Shown: piece after piece, positions 1 through 13,088 of the stretch
Numbering within the stretch: the first letter of the stretch is position 1
Layout of the letters: every line of letters starts with the position of its first letter
NCBI GenBank assembly: GCA_002245135.1
Contig: NGBS01000302.1
Coordinates: forward strand, 62,001-126,000
Direction of reading: 5' to 3'
DNA length: 64,000 bases
DNA from: Proteromonas lacertae
Lineage: Eukaryota
The notes under the pieces: generated by a model
What the model saw: the letters and a program-made list of their open reading frames with translations, nothing else
Database searches by the model: none
Told to the model about the DNA's origin: nothing
Made by a program: the position numbers and the translations under genes

Positions 1-233
1 ATCAAACAACAAATCTATACACCAAAATATTCTTAATTATACTATATTAATACCAATAGTAATAAATTGTCCAATATTCCTGGGATAGTGAATGTAACTA
101 GCATTAATTTCATTCATATACATGAGTTAAATATTAAAGAAATAAGCCTCAGCAAAGATATTCTTATTGATTAAAAGAAAATAACCATCTGCTGAAAATA
201 GAACATTTTTCAATTTCTTCAAATAGTTTGCAT
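1..233 (-). CDS. 5' end of a spliced gene running off the window (MQTIEEIEKCSIFSRWLFSF...; weak resemblance to ABCC-transporter N-termini)
   Basis: Hand translation needs two single-base corrections, an AT-AC intron (126-161) and a GT-AG intron; product call rests only on the SIFSRWLFSF motif. Confidence 0.4.
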
Positions 234-431
234 TTTTTTATGAATTGAAATAGAGTTTTATTCTACAAAACATTCAACAATAACTACATTCATTACAACA
301 CAGATGAAAATCATTTTGTTTTTACTGTTTTCAAATATAATGAGTTAATATTTTCAACTATTTATCATTTTTATAATATTCTTATGTCGATTTGATCAAG
401 AATAATCAAGAAATGATTTTTGAAGAAAAAA

Positions 432-440
432 GGCGGGAAA
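432..440 (-). promoter_or_regulatory. Candidate E2F-type site (TTTCCCGCC) in the bidirectional promoter upstream of RPA2
   Basis: GGCGGGAAA matches TTTSSCGC on the minus strand; GC-rich word in an AT-rich spacer, 50 bp before the ATG. Confidence 0.35.
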
Positions 441-490
441 GCTTGCTCATTCGAGCATGCAATTATCATTTTGATTCATTTCTTAATAAT

Positions 491-3400
491 ATGCCAAAGA
501 CTCACAAATCTGATAGTACTGATAAAAGATTATCACCAGCAGGCTACTATCAAGTATGAAAGTAATGCTCTATCTAATAATAGAAATTAGCAACTAATCC
601 AAGCGCTTCTCCTGGTCCATTACCATCCGATGAATGCACTCGTTTGACAGTATTTATACATTTATTACACTTTATAGGAACTGAATCAACACAATATAGA
701 TTCATTCAACTATATGTTGGATACAGGTCTTCAATTAGCTATAGATGACTTGATGCCTGAACGAGTATAACATTATTTATTATATCTTTATTGATTTATA
801 GCTAAAAGTTGGAGATGATGTGATTCAATTCAGAGTATCTGGTTATAACCTCGATTTTCCTAAAATATCAGATGGTGTATCAGTATCCAATACTAAAAAC
901 TCTGTTCCAGTTTCAGATGACAGATTATTGCCACACATTTGCAGAGAAGCTGGTTTAACTTATGGAGGCAATTTCACATTAATTTTTGATGTTGATATTA
1001 ATGGTGAAACACACAAAATAGAGAAAAGTATGGGAATATTACCAATTATGGTGAAATCCAACAAGTGTCACTTGACTGGTATGAATCCACAACAATTAGT
1101 AGATGCACATGAAGAAAGTAATGAATTTGGAGGATATTTCATATGTAATGGAATTGAAAGATTAATCAGAATGTTACAAGTATATACTTATTATTATTAT
1201 TATTATTATGAATAATAGATTCCTCGTCGAAATTTCCCAATGGCATTTTCCGCGTTCCTCCTACACCAATCGTGGTCCAATGTATACTGATAAAGGTGTT
1301 AGTATAAGATGTGTAAAACACGATCAGAGTGCCAGTTTCGTGACTCTCCATTATATCAGTGATGGTAGAGTAACCTTAAGATTCTCCATTAGAAAACAAG
1401 AATACTTAGTGCCAGTGATCTATATATTAAAAGCCTTCAAATCCTGTACAGATAGAGAGATATATAATAAAATAATGAGAGGAGATAGTAGTAACATGTT
1501 CTTAGCTGATCGATTATCTATTATATTCAGAGAGAGTAGAAATAGTAAAATATTCACACAAGATGATGCTTTAACTTATATTGGATATAGGTTTAGATTA
1601 GTATTAGATCCTGGTGATGATATATCAGATAAAGAAATAGGACAATTGATATTAGATCGATATATATTTATACATTTAAATAACAATAATAATTCTAAGT
1701 TTGAGTTATTATTATTAATGTTACATAAGTTATATAGTTATGTGAATAATGAGATAGCTGCTGATAATCAAGATTCATTACAAAACCAAGAAATACTACT
1801 CTCAGGACATTTACTCACTGCATTTTTGAAAGATCGATTTGAATTCTTAATGTTGAATATAAAGAGACAATTGTTGAAGGAATATAATAGCAGTTTAAAT
1901 CAATACAAATATTAGTGGTAATAGAAGAGCAAGCAGTAAACCAAAACAACCATTTTCACTCAACATCAATGTATTTAGAAATGCATTGAGAGTACAAGGT
2001 GAGATTGGTAAAAGAGTGTATTTGATGTTAGCAACTGGTAATGTGAATACTTTGTCAGGATTAGGATTGATGCAAATATCTGGATTTACTATTGTGGCTG
2101 AGAAAATTAACTTTTGGAGATATTTATCTCATTTTAGATCTGTTCATAGGTATATAATATATATAAATATTAATTATTGTTAATTAATACATTATCTATT
2201 ATTATCTATACTAATTCTACTTGTATTTATAATACACCATAATGTTATATATAATGATAATTAAAAAGGGTATCTTATTTCTTTCTATAAATTTCTTACT
2301 AAGAGGTTATCATATATTATTATTATTTATATAGAGGATCATTCTTCTTGGAAATGAAAACAACATCAGTGAGAAAAGCTATTACCAGAATCATTTGGAT
2401 TTCTATGTCCTGTATGTTTATATATATTATATTATTATTATGAAATGTAATGAATGTTAAATATGTAATGATGGACTGAATTTTATATATAATGAAGTCA
2501 ATTTTATATCATGAACATTTGTTATTATTATTATATAATGTGATGATTATTAAATTATGATCGATAGGACTGAAAACAATAATGTTGTATAACCTATACG
2601 TTGAACATTATTATATATATATTATTATTATTATTATTATATAAATATTGTTTTATATATTATTTACATAGGTTCATACACCTGATGGTCCACCTTGTGG
2701 TTTATTAAATCATTTAGCTTCATTATGTCAAATAACTACACGATATATAGAACCAACTAATATTACATCAACACTTATATCACTTGGTATGACTCCCATC
2801 AGTAACAGTGTTACTACAGTAATGAATACAGTGCCTGTATTATTAAATGGTGAAGTTATAGGATATATTAATCCAAGTATATATTATATATATATATATA
2901 TATTAATTATTAATATTTTGATTATGATGATGATAAATTGGTTTTTCCCATACCATTCGCAGTACTTAGCGACTTAATACTATCTTTATGCCAAAAGATA
3001 AGTATAAATGGGCTTTATTTCCTTGGATGTCTGAATAATCAATATTATTTCTCTATTATATATAAATGTGATGATAACTTGGTTTTCCCATACCATTCGC
3101 AGTACTTAGCGACTTAATTTTAACTTTTGCCAAAGGTTAATAATAAATGGGCGATATTTCCTTGGATGTCTGATTTATATATATAATTCATAATTATCTA
3201 TTTATTATTATATTTATGCATATATATTAATCTTTAATAGGTTCATTATTAATAATATCTAAACAATTACGAAGTCTCAAAGTCCAACATAAGAACAATT
3301 TACCTTCTATATTCGAAATATGTGCAATTCCTAAATATAAAGAAGGTGGTGGTCCATATCCTGGTTTATACATTTCTACAGAAGAAGCAAGACCAATCAG

Positions 3401-5221
3401 ACCAGTCAATAACCTCAGTAATCAATGCATAGAATATATATCACCAATGGAACAAGTGTTTATGGATATTGCAATTACTGATTGTGATATAAGAACAGGT
3501 GTAACTACTCATAAAGAAGTAAGTCCTACTTCAATGCTGTCAGTATTAGCATCATTAACACCATTCTCTGATTTCAATCAATCTCCTCGTAATATGTATC
3601 AATGTCAAATGGGTAAGCAGACTATGGGTGATGGAGCAATGTCTTTAGCTTATAGAACTGATGGTAAATTATATAGATTAATTACACCACAAGTATGTAT
3701 TATATATATATTAACTATTAATATTTTGATTATGATGATGATAAATTGGTTTTTCCCATACCATTCGCAGTACTTAGCGACTTAATACTATCTTTATGCC
3801 AAAAGATAAGTATAAATGGGCTTTATTTCCTTGGATGTCTGAATAATCAATATTATTTCTCTATTACATTAATATTATATAAATAGGTGCCAATTACACA
3901 GAATCAAAATGAAAGTGTTTATCGTTTTGATGATTTTCCCAATGGTACTAATGCTGTAGTTGCTGTTATATCTTATACAGGTTATGATATGGAAGATGGT
4001 ATGATTATTAATAAAGATTCTTATGATCGTGGATTTGCACATGGTTGTCTATATAAAACAGAGTTAATAGATCTAAGTGAAGATAGATCTAAAAAGAATC
4101 ATGTTTACTTTAGAAAACCACCAATTACATTATTCTCTAAAAGAGATCAAATGGATAAGAGTATATTGAGAATTGATAATGATGGTTTACCTCCAGTTGG
4201 TATTAAAGTACAAGAAGGTGATGCTTTATATATTACCTTTGATGAATTAGTCAATAAACCGATTATACATAGACATAAGAGTGTAGAACCAGCATATGTT
4301 GATCAAGTTAGAATTATTGGATTTACAAGCAGATCAAGTGATAATAGTAAAAATACAAATTCAGATTCTTCTAATAACACATCAAATGATATTAAATATA
4401 TCACTAAAGTGAGTATCAAGCTAAGATATACTCGTAATCCAGTAGTTGGTGATAAATTCAGTAGTAGACATGGTCAAAAAGGTACATTATCATTATTATG
4501 GCCTCAAAGAGATATGCCATTTACTGAATCTGGTATTACTCCTGATTGTATTATCAATCCACATGCTTTCCCATCTAGAATGACTATTGGTATGTTAATA
4601 GAGAGTTTAGCTGGTAAAAGTGGTGCTTTACATGGTATATATGAAGATTCAACACCATTTCAATTCAATGAGAAAAATACAGCGTTAAAGTACTTTGGTG
4701 AACAATTGAAATCAGCTGGATATAACTATTATGGTAATGAAACAATGTATAGTGGAATATTAGGATGTGAATTAAAAGCAGATATATACATAGGTGTTGT
4801 ATATTATCAAAGATTACGTCATATGGTGAGTGATAAGAGTCAAGTCAGAGCAACAGGACCAATCAATCAATTAACAAGACAGCCAGTTAAAGGAAGAAAG
4901 AAACATGGTGGTATAAGATTCGGTGAGATGGAAAGAGATAGTTTAATAAGTCATGGAGCTGCATTTATATTGAGAGATCGATTAATGAATTGCAGTGATA
5001 GACATATTGCTTATGTATGCAAGAAATGTGGATCTTTATTATCAACATTTGCAGTTAAACCTGATACTAAATATTATGAATCTAATAAAAAGAAGTTTAT
5101 ATGTAGATATTGCAATAGTACGAGTAATTGTACTAAAGTTGTATTGCCTTTTGTATTCAGATATCTTGTAAATGAATTATGTGGAATGAATATTAAAGTT
5201 CGTTTAGATTTAACAAATTAA
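491..5221 (+). CDS. RPA2: DNA-directed RNA polymerase I second-largest subunit (multi-exon)
   Basis: Motifs [80 protein letters not shown]; Pol I-type wording; about 7 introns; apparent +1 indels near 1900 and 2375. Confidence 0.97.
2443..2520 (+). ncRNA. Candidate intronic box C/D snoRNA A
   Basis: AAATGT/ACATTT terminal stem, degenerate box C GTAATGA (2447), D' CTGA (2476), box D-like ATGA (2511), inside the 260-nt intron 2412-2671. Confidence 0.5.
2537..2609 (+). ncRNA. Candidate intronic box C/D snoRNA B
   Basis: AATGT/ACATT terminal stem, box C GTGATGA (2540), guide GATCGATAGG before D' CTGA (2570), box D-like TTGA (2601). Confidence 0.6.
2918..3042 (+). ncRNA. U14: U14 box C/D snoRNA, copy 1
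   Basis: Box C ATGATGA (2927), domain A CATTCGCAGT (2954-2963), domain B TTCCTTGGATGT (3019-3030) followed by box D CTGA, TTGATTAT/ATAATCAA terminal stem. Confidence 0.93.
3059..3181 (+). ncRNA. U14: U14 box C/D snoRNA, copy 2 (diverged)
   Basis: Box C GTGATGA (3068), identical domains A and B, box D CTGA (3170), TATATAAA/TTTATATA terminal stem. Confidence 0.93.
3726..3850 (+). ncRNA. U14: U14 box C/D snoRNA, copy 3 (same sequence as copy 1)
   Basis: Same boxes and domains as copy 1, in intron 3693-3886. Confidence 0.93.
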
Positions 5222-5268
5222 TTAATTATTAATAATAATAACATATTATTTATTTTGTTTTTAATTGA

Positions 5269-6625
5269 CTATGTTTGGATTGTAACGGTTATTTTTTCAT
5301 CTAATGTTATAGTCTTCATTCTTAATTGGGTAAATACTCTCCATTTTGATTGGAATCTTTACTTTTTCAGATTTTATCTTCTTCTCAGTTGGTGTCATAT
5401 TCACTTTAACAGCTATTTGATTAGTTAAAGTAAAAATATCACTTTTCACAGCTTTTCCAGATGTTTGTGGTATAAATAAATTCTCACTCGGTATTTCAAT
5501 ATTCCATCCATCTACATCACTAATTAAACTCAATTTTATATTCAAATCACAAAGCAAATTCTCAGGGATAAAAAATGTTATTAAGAATATATAATTATTA
5601 TTACATTATAAACGAAAAAGATATATTTTCTATTGTCAATATAAACATATTTGTAGATTTCATATATTCAGAATATAATCTAACGATTGGTAAATATTTA
5701 TATCCACTTTCTAATGTCTTATATCTATTACTCGATTGCTCATTCTTAACCAAATATTCTTTTTTACCTCTTTCATCATTACATTTTCTACAATATCTAT
5801 CTATTACAGGTGTTCTAAGTAATGGGATTGGTAATAAACTTCTATTTAATAAAATGAACAATATTATAATAAATATAGTAATATACGACATATCATGATT
5901 ATGAATTAATGGATTTGAATTAATTTGCTCTTTTGTTGAGAATATATTTGGACCTGGAACAGAAGGAATTGATATATTTGGAATATAATCCTATTAATTT
6001 GTTTATTATAATATATATATCAATATATACTCTATCAACTTTTATTTCTTTCTTTTCTTTTTCTTCTATTTTTTTCATTAAATCTTCCATTGACCAGGAT
6101 GATTTAAATTCAGGTATTTTTATTACTTCTTTACTATATAATTGCTTTTCTTTGCCTTTATTTTGTTCTTTATATTTTTCAATTAAAGTCTCTTTTGCAT
6201 CATTAAATTTTGTTGTATAAGTATTATTATTTAATTTTTCGGATATATTTTGTTCTAAGTCATTACGACTATTACCGCTTACTATATTTCGAGATTTCCA
6301 AGTACAATGTTCACAATGATATTCGTACTTTTCTACATCCTCCTCCTTAAATACTGCTATACGAAGTATTGTATTACATAACGGACAACTATAACAATTA
6401 TTACACCTAAATATCAAAATATGTCACAAACACATATACAGTTTATTTCCAACAGGTATTTCTGTTGATTGACATTTACTACACTTTAATATTGAGATTT
6501 CACAACAACTACATTTTGGATTTTTACATAATATCTGTCTACAATATCCACAAAAATAGATGTCGCTAATTGAAGCAAAATGGACCATTCGAACATTCGT
6601 ATACAATTGTAGGATCCTTCTGCAT
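5269..6625 (-). CDS. DCTN4: Dynactin subunit 4 (p62)
   Basis: IYFCGYCRQILC, RCNNCYSCPLC, YHCEHCTW zinc-knuckle pattern, PLLRT...RYCRKC; multi-exon; 3' end approximate. Confidence 0.8.
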
Positions 6626-6961
6626 TTTCAAAAATGTAACTATGGTAAATTGTATGTCAAAATTACATAAGAACTTTTTTTAACTAAAAAACAATAGAAC
6701 ATAATGCAAATATGTATATATTAAAAAATATATTCATTCTAATTGCATGATAATATATTTTTTATTCTTTCATAATTGTAATTATATTTCAACCAACTTC
6801 TTTAAACTCAAACCATCTTATATAATGTAATATTTCTTTTGGTAATGAATAAATCTTTAAATTTTATTCATCATTTTTTAAGATTATGTAGGCTTGATTC
6901 CTATCAAATCAAGTTTTATTAATCTTTTTATTTCTCATTAGCACGACTTTTAAATTGCTAA

Positions 6962-9900
6962 ATGGGGGGAAAATATGATAATAGGAGCAGTATTGTATGA
7001 ATAATTGAATAAATATTATTAGAAATTTTATAAATCTGTGTTTGGTTTTAAAGTAAGAATTTTTAACGTTATGATGTAGATTTTTAGTAATATAAACTCG
7101 ACCAAATATTTTGAAACGTATCATGTAAAGGATAAGAATAATTTGGAGAAAATAGTGAAGGTGTATGATAAACGAAATTATAATAATGAAATTCTATGTA
7201 ATTATGTATAATGAAATTATATTTCTATTTAAATTAGATGAATAATATGATTTTAATCACTTCCTTTCTGATTCCCTCTGTTGATGTGAGTTTAGAAATA
7301 GTGCATAACGATTTAATGATATGTTCAACATATTATAATAATGGATCAATAGAATTGTTAAATGAATTTAATGAAAAAGTAATGGAAAATATATTTAATG
7401 AAATAAGTTATGAATTGTGTTTATTAGATGAGTTGAATTTAATTCATGGAAGAATCAAACCTTCTAATATATTAATAAGAGATGATGGTAAATATATACT
7501 AAGTAATTACTGTGAAAATGACTTAAATGGATTAGAAAACAATAATTATAAAGAATTACTCTTCATTTCTCCAGAAGTATTGAAAAACAAAGAGATAAGT
7601 AATAAAAGTGATGTATTCAGTTTAGGTGTATTATTACATTATATGTTATTTAATAAAAATGTATTCTTATCTTGTTATTATAACCCCAATCTATCAAAAT
7701 ATATCAAAATTCTTATAAAATGTTTAAATCTAAATCCTGAGAAAAGACCAACAATAAGAGAAATTCACAATAGTCTTTCAAAAGAAAATAAAGAAAAATT
7801 GAATGAAGATGATATAATAGAAGTATTATTGAAAGATATAGATTTTCTATACGAATTAATATCGAATGATTATGAAATAAAAGATTCAATAATGTATGAT
7901 AAAATAATCACTGATAAAAGTATATATATATGTTATATTATTATTTCAATTATATTATAAATGAATAGAAAACTTAATAAAACTGATAAATCATTATAAC
8001 AGTTACGATAAATTAATCTACATTTACTATTTAGTGAATATAAGTTGGTATAATGAAGATAATAAACAGTTGATTGATTTATTAATAAATAGAGGAAATA
8101 TTTTTACACATTTTTTATATATTCATTCAGAAAAACCATTTCAATTGAATTTATCCAACAATAGTGATGATAACGATGAGGAAGAAGAGGAAGAGGAAGA
8201 GGAAGAGGAGGAAGAAGAAGAAGAAGAAAATGATTTTTTTGTTGTAGCAATTAATTTCATTCATCTTACTGAGTTACATTCATTGAATTTATATAATAAT
8301 CCGAAACTAACCAAAACAATTCAATCCTTTATCATATTTCCATATTTAGAAAGATTGAACATTTCTAAAAGTATAAATCTTCATAACAAAATGAAAGAAA
8401 TATCAATAGAATTATCCAATTTAGCTCATTTGAAGTCTCTAAAATTATCTTTCACTCATCTAAAAGATAATGATATGTTAATTTTTTTTCACTACTGTAA
8501 TACATTTAAAAAACTTTCGCAGTTATATTTATCCTGTATAATATGATATTTATGAATATATTGTAGATAATAACCTTGGTGATAAATCTGTTTTATATCT
8601 TCATCGATATATGAATAAACTTCCCAAATTAGAAAAACTGAATTTATGTGGAATAAATTTGAATATTGAAAGTGTAAAATTGTTGTTATATCATTACAAA
8701 TACAATTCAATTCCATTATATTTTTCATTCAAAAGTATTTTATTATTATTATTATTATTAGTCGATGAAAAATCATTCCGAAATGTTGATTGAGAATGAA
8801 TATAAAACAAATAATAGTTATTTTTATAAACAAATAGGTAAAAAAGAAAGTATAATAATCAATTGATATATATTATTTATAGAATGCTATAATAAATTAT
8901 TTAGTATGTATAAATCTAATCCAAATGATTATTGTCTTGGATTATTATTTGGTTTTGCTATGGCTAATCCACAATATAAACCTTCAATTCTTGAAATGAC
9001 TAAATCAAATTCAACAAAAAAGAAATTATTCTCCGTAATAAGTAATGATTATTATTTGAATCTTAGTAGTATATAAACGCTACTTTTATAATCTAATAGA
9101 TAATAGTCTAGATGAAAATGATATAGAAACCTTATGTGATTATTTAGATTATTGTCCAACACTGTCAATATTAGTAATTGCAAATAGTAGTCTTACTGAT
9201 AAATCCTTAATAAGACTGAGTAATGCAACAACAAAATTTACTAAGCTTCGACAATTATTTATTTCAGGTATTTATATAACATTTAAATATATAAATAGAT
9301 AATTCATTTACTTCAGAAGGAATAAAAGAATTATCAAAATCATTAAAGTATTTGACAGATGTGAGGATGTTAGGGTTCTTTAATAATATTGAAATTGGTG
9401 ATGAAGGTGTTGTATCAATTGTTAATTCTTTCAAATATATAAGAAAACTTGAGGCAATCAGTTTTCAAAGTATATAATATACTTAATTTATTCATATTGC
9501 AATAGATTGTGGATGTGAATCATTAGGACTAGAATCAATAAGTTACAATTTACATTATGTTACTAATTTGACTGTTTTTGCTTTGAAGAGTATATATTTT
9601 TGGTGTAAAATGTATAGATTTAAATAATTGTGAATCTTCATTTCAAAGATTAATGAAACAAGTAAAGCAATTGAGTTTGCTGAAGCGGTTATATCTAACT
9701 AGTATTAATCAATAGTATTTTTATTCTTAGCTTGTGAGATAAATGATAATGCATTTATCAATATTGTGTAGTAGTTTGAGTAAATTAACAAGTCTTGAAG
9801 AATTGAAATTAGGAGGTAAAATCTATTCTTTATGAATGATTTTTAAATAGATAATAGAATCAGTAGTATTGGATTAGAATATTTCATACATAATCTTCAT

Positions 9901-12900
9901 CATGTTACAAAACTCAAAACAATTTTTTTGTGGAAAAATTATATTGATGATGTTGGATTAATATCACTTACACATTCTCTTCATCTATTACCATTTCTAG
10001 AAACACTAAATTTAAATGGTATTATTAGATATTTTTTTAACAGTATAGGAAATAAAATAAGTGAAAGAGGATGTGAAATATTATTAAATAGAATGGAATG
10101 AATTACCAAACAGAATCGATGTTGATTTAAAAGGCAATATAATAGATACAATAGATAAACCAGATCTTCTAAACAAATTAAAACAAATAGATACTAGCTG
10201 TATAATAATTTCTAATTGTTTAATAATTGAAAATAGTTTTATGTTTAAGTGAAGTATATGATTTATTAAAGACCAAAAATTGTTATTCATATAAAATGTT
10301 ATTACAGTATGTTGTTGATAGTAATGGTATATATATAATTTTATTTATTATTGAAATAGGTTTATTAGAACATATAGTAGAATCATTTAATTCAACCCGA
10401 AATGATATTCTATTTACTTTTTTATGTAATTTAACTATGTGTTATAATGGATTTAAGAATAGATTGATGAAAATGATTGATTTCGAGAATGATAATTTAA
10501 GATTGAACTATTTCAAATGTATAGGAGATGAATATGATTTTAAAGCGGATAGTATGTGTTGAGATATATTAATTGAAATAGATAAAAGAATTACAAAAGA
10601 AGATTCAGAATATATAGGGAATAATATTGATTGTTTGAAAGAATTGGCAGCAGTTAATTTTAAATGTATAAACTACTGCTTTTATCTTAGCTTGTGCATT
10701 AAATGATGGTAAAATGAAAAGAATATTAAATGCATTATGTCGATCACATCAATTAGAATATCTTTGTTTAGGAGAAAACAATCTAAGTTCATCAATTTTA
10801 CAACCAATATCTAGAGTGATAATTAATAATAAACTCTTAAAATGTCTCATACTCTTTGGTATTTAATTCTAAATATTATTCTTTCACTAGATAACAGTTT
10901 ATATGATATAGGAATAGTAGAATTAAGTAAGAGATTAAGATATATTCCTAAATTAGAAATCATATCTTTGTCAAGTATAATTATTCTTTCTATATCCTAA
11001 TAGATAATAGATTTACTACAAAAGGAGCAATAGAACTATCATCCAATTTATCATATCTGAAAAAAACTAAGAAAAATAAACATTGGAATAAATGATATTG
11101 GTAATGAAGGAATAAAAAGAATAAGTAAAGAATTTAAGAATCTATCAAATTTAATAACAATTGGTTTTAGTGAAACAAATATAAATGATATTGGATTAAC
11201 ATATATATCCAATAATCTTTCTCACTTAAAATATTTGGAGGAGATAGATTTATCATTTAATGATTTCACAGAAATAGGGATAAAAGAATTTTCTAAATCG
11301 GTCAGAAAATGTGAAAATGTCGAAGAAATAGATTTTTCTGGTTGTGGATTAGATTCTATATCATTTTGTGTTTTACAAAAATTGTTAGTTTGCCTAGACT
11401 AACCTCAGAAACTTTCAATTTAAATTGTATGTTTTTTCATTATTTGTTGAATAGATAATTATATAGGAAATGATGAATTAAATGATTTGACTATAACTGA
11501 TGATATGTCTCGCTCATCATCAATATGCGAAATTAGATTTAAAAGTATTTTCTATTATTTTTTTTCATAATTTATTATAGATAATAATATGAATGACAAA
11601 TGTTTAATCAATTTATGTAAATTCTTAACGCAAGTATCAAATCTCAGATTATTGACTATTTCAAGAAATAAAATATCGAATGATGGAATAAAAGAATTAT
11701 CAAAACAGTTTTCTGTTCTATCGAAACTAGAAGAATTATATTTTGATGTAAATGAAATAACAGATGATGGTTTAAAATACATATCAGATTCAATCAGCAA
11801 TCTTTCGAATTTAAGATTTCTTTCATTGTCATGCAATAAATTCAATTTGAATGGATTTAAATACATGTCAGAATCGTTGCATTTCTTAGCTGATTTGAAG
11901 ATGTTATATTTAGATGGAACAAATTTAACAGATGAATCAATGAGAATAATTTGTGATAATTCCAAATATTTACCTCATTTAGAAAGATTAAATGTTGGAG
12001 ATAATAATTTAACTTCAATAAGTTGTAAATATATATCAGATTCATTTGTTTATATTCGAAGATTAAAATCACTTTACATTAATGGTATTTTTATTTTTCT
12101 TATCATTTTTATTGTTATTTTAGAAAATTCAATAAATGATCTGGGAATGAAATACCTATTTAAGAATATCAGTTATATAATAGATTTAGAATCATTAGAT
12201 GTGGGAAGTAAATATTTTCATTTATATATCAATAGGATGTAATTTAACAGATTTATCAATTGAGATAATATGTAATTCAATAAATTCATTGATTAATCTA
12301 AATACACTCTATCTGTCTAGTATTTATTTTACTATTTATATTATGCTATAGATAATGAATTAACAGATAATTGTATAACAGATTTATGTAAATTCTTTAA
12401 TCCATTAAATGGATTGAAATCCTTACATTTGAATAGTATGTCAATTTTTATTACTATTATCATTAGATAATAAGCTAACATGTAAAGGAATAAAAGAATT
12501 ATTGAAATGTGTTAAAAAATGTTCAGAGAGTTATGATATATTTATAACAGGAAATATAATGGAAAATGTAAATGAAGGATTATTAGAAGATATAGAATTA
12601 TGCAATCCAAATTATAGATGTATAGAAAGAATAAAAGAAAAGATAAATAACAAAGAATACAGTTATGAAAATGAAGATGATTATATTGATATTATTAAAA
12701 GTATCAGTTTATTAGATGATATTTGTAGAGAATACAATTATGATAAAAGAAAAGAAAATGAATATTTACTTTTAAATATCTGCCTATTTTATTCGAAACA
12801 AACTAGTTATATTCATTGAAAACACAATATTTGATTTACATACAATATATTATACTCTTTTATCCTCAATAAAAGAAGATCATTTCAATTGTTTTAAAGA

Positions 12901-13088
12901 ATGAAAAACTAAATCAATGAAGAAATAGTTGAAATATGTGAATATTTATCACATTTAAATGAATTACAGAAGATAGAAATAAGAAATTGTGAAATTGGCT
13001 GAAGAAGACATAAAATTGATGAAAGAGAGTGTTAAAAATCTTCCAAATATGAAAGAATTTAAAGAATTTAACGAAAAATATATATAAT
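6962..13088 (+). CDS. Pseudokinase plus long RI-type leucine-rich-repeat protein (many small introns; may be more than one gene)
   Basis: Kinase-like IHGRIKPSNILI...SPEVL...SDVFSLG...PEKRPT; many LxxLxLxxNxIxDxG repeats 8260-13050; poly-Glu at about 8180-8230. Confidence 0.75.

Noticed and set aside
2789..3785. Two ORFs ending in the same peptide ([22 protein letters not shown]), suggesting a duplicated exon or mobile element
   Set aside because: Read-through into introns containing the duplicated U14 snoRNA; no terminal repeats or transposase
2918..3850. CRISPR-like repeat array
   Set aside because: Eukaryotic intronic repeats over 100 nt with snoRNA boxes, no regular spacers, no cas genes
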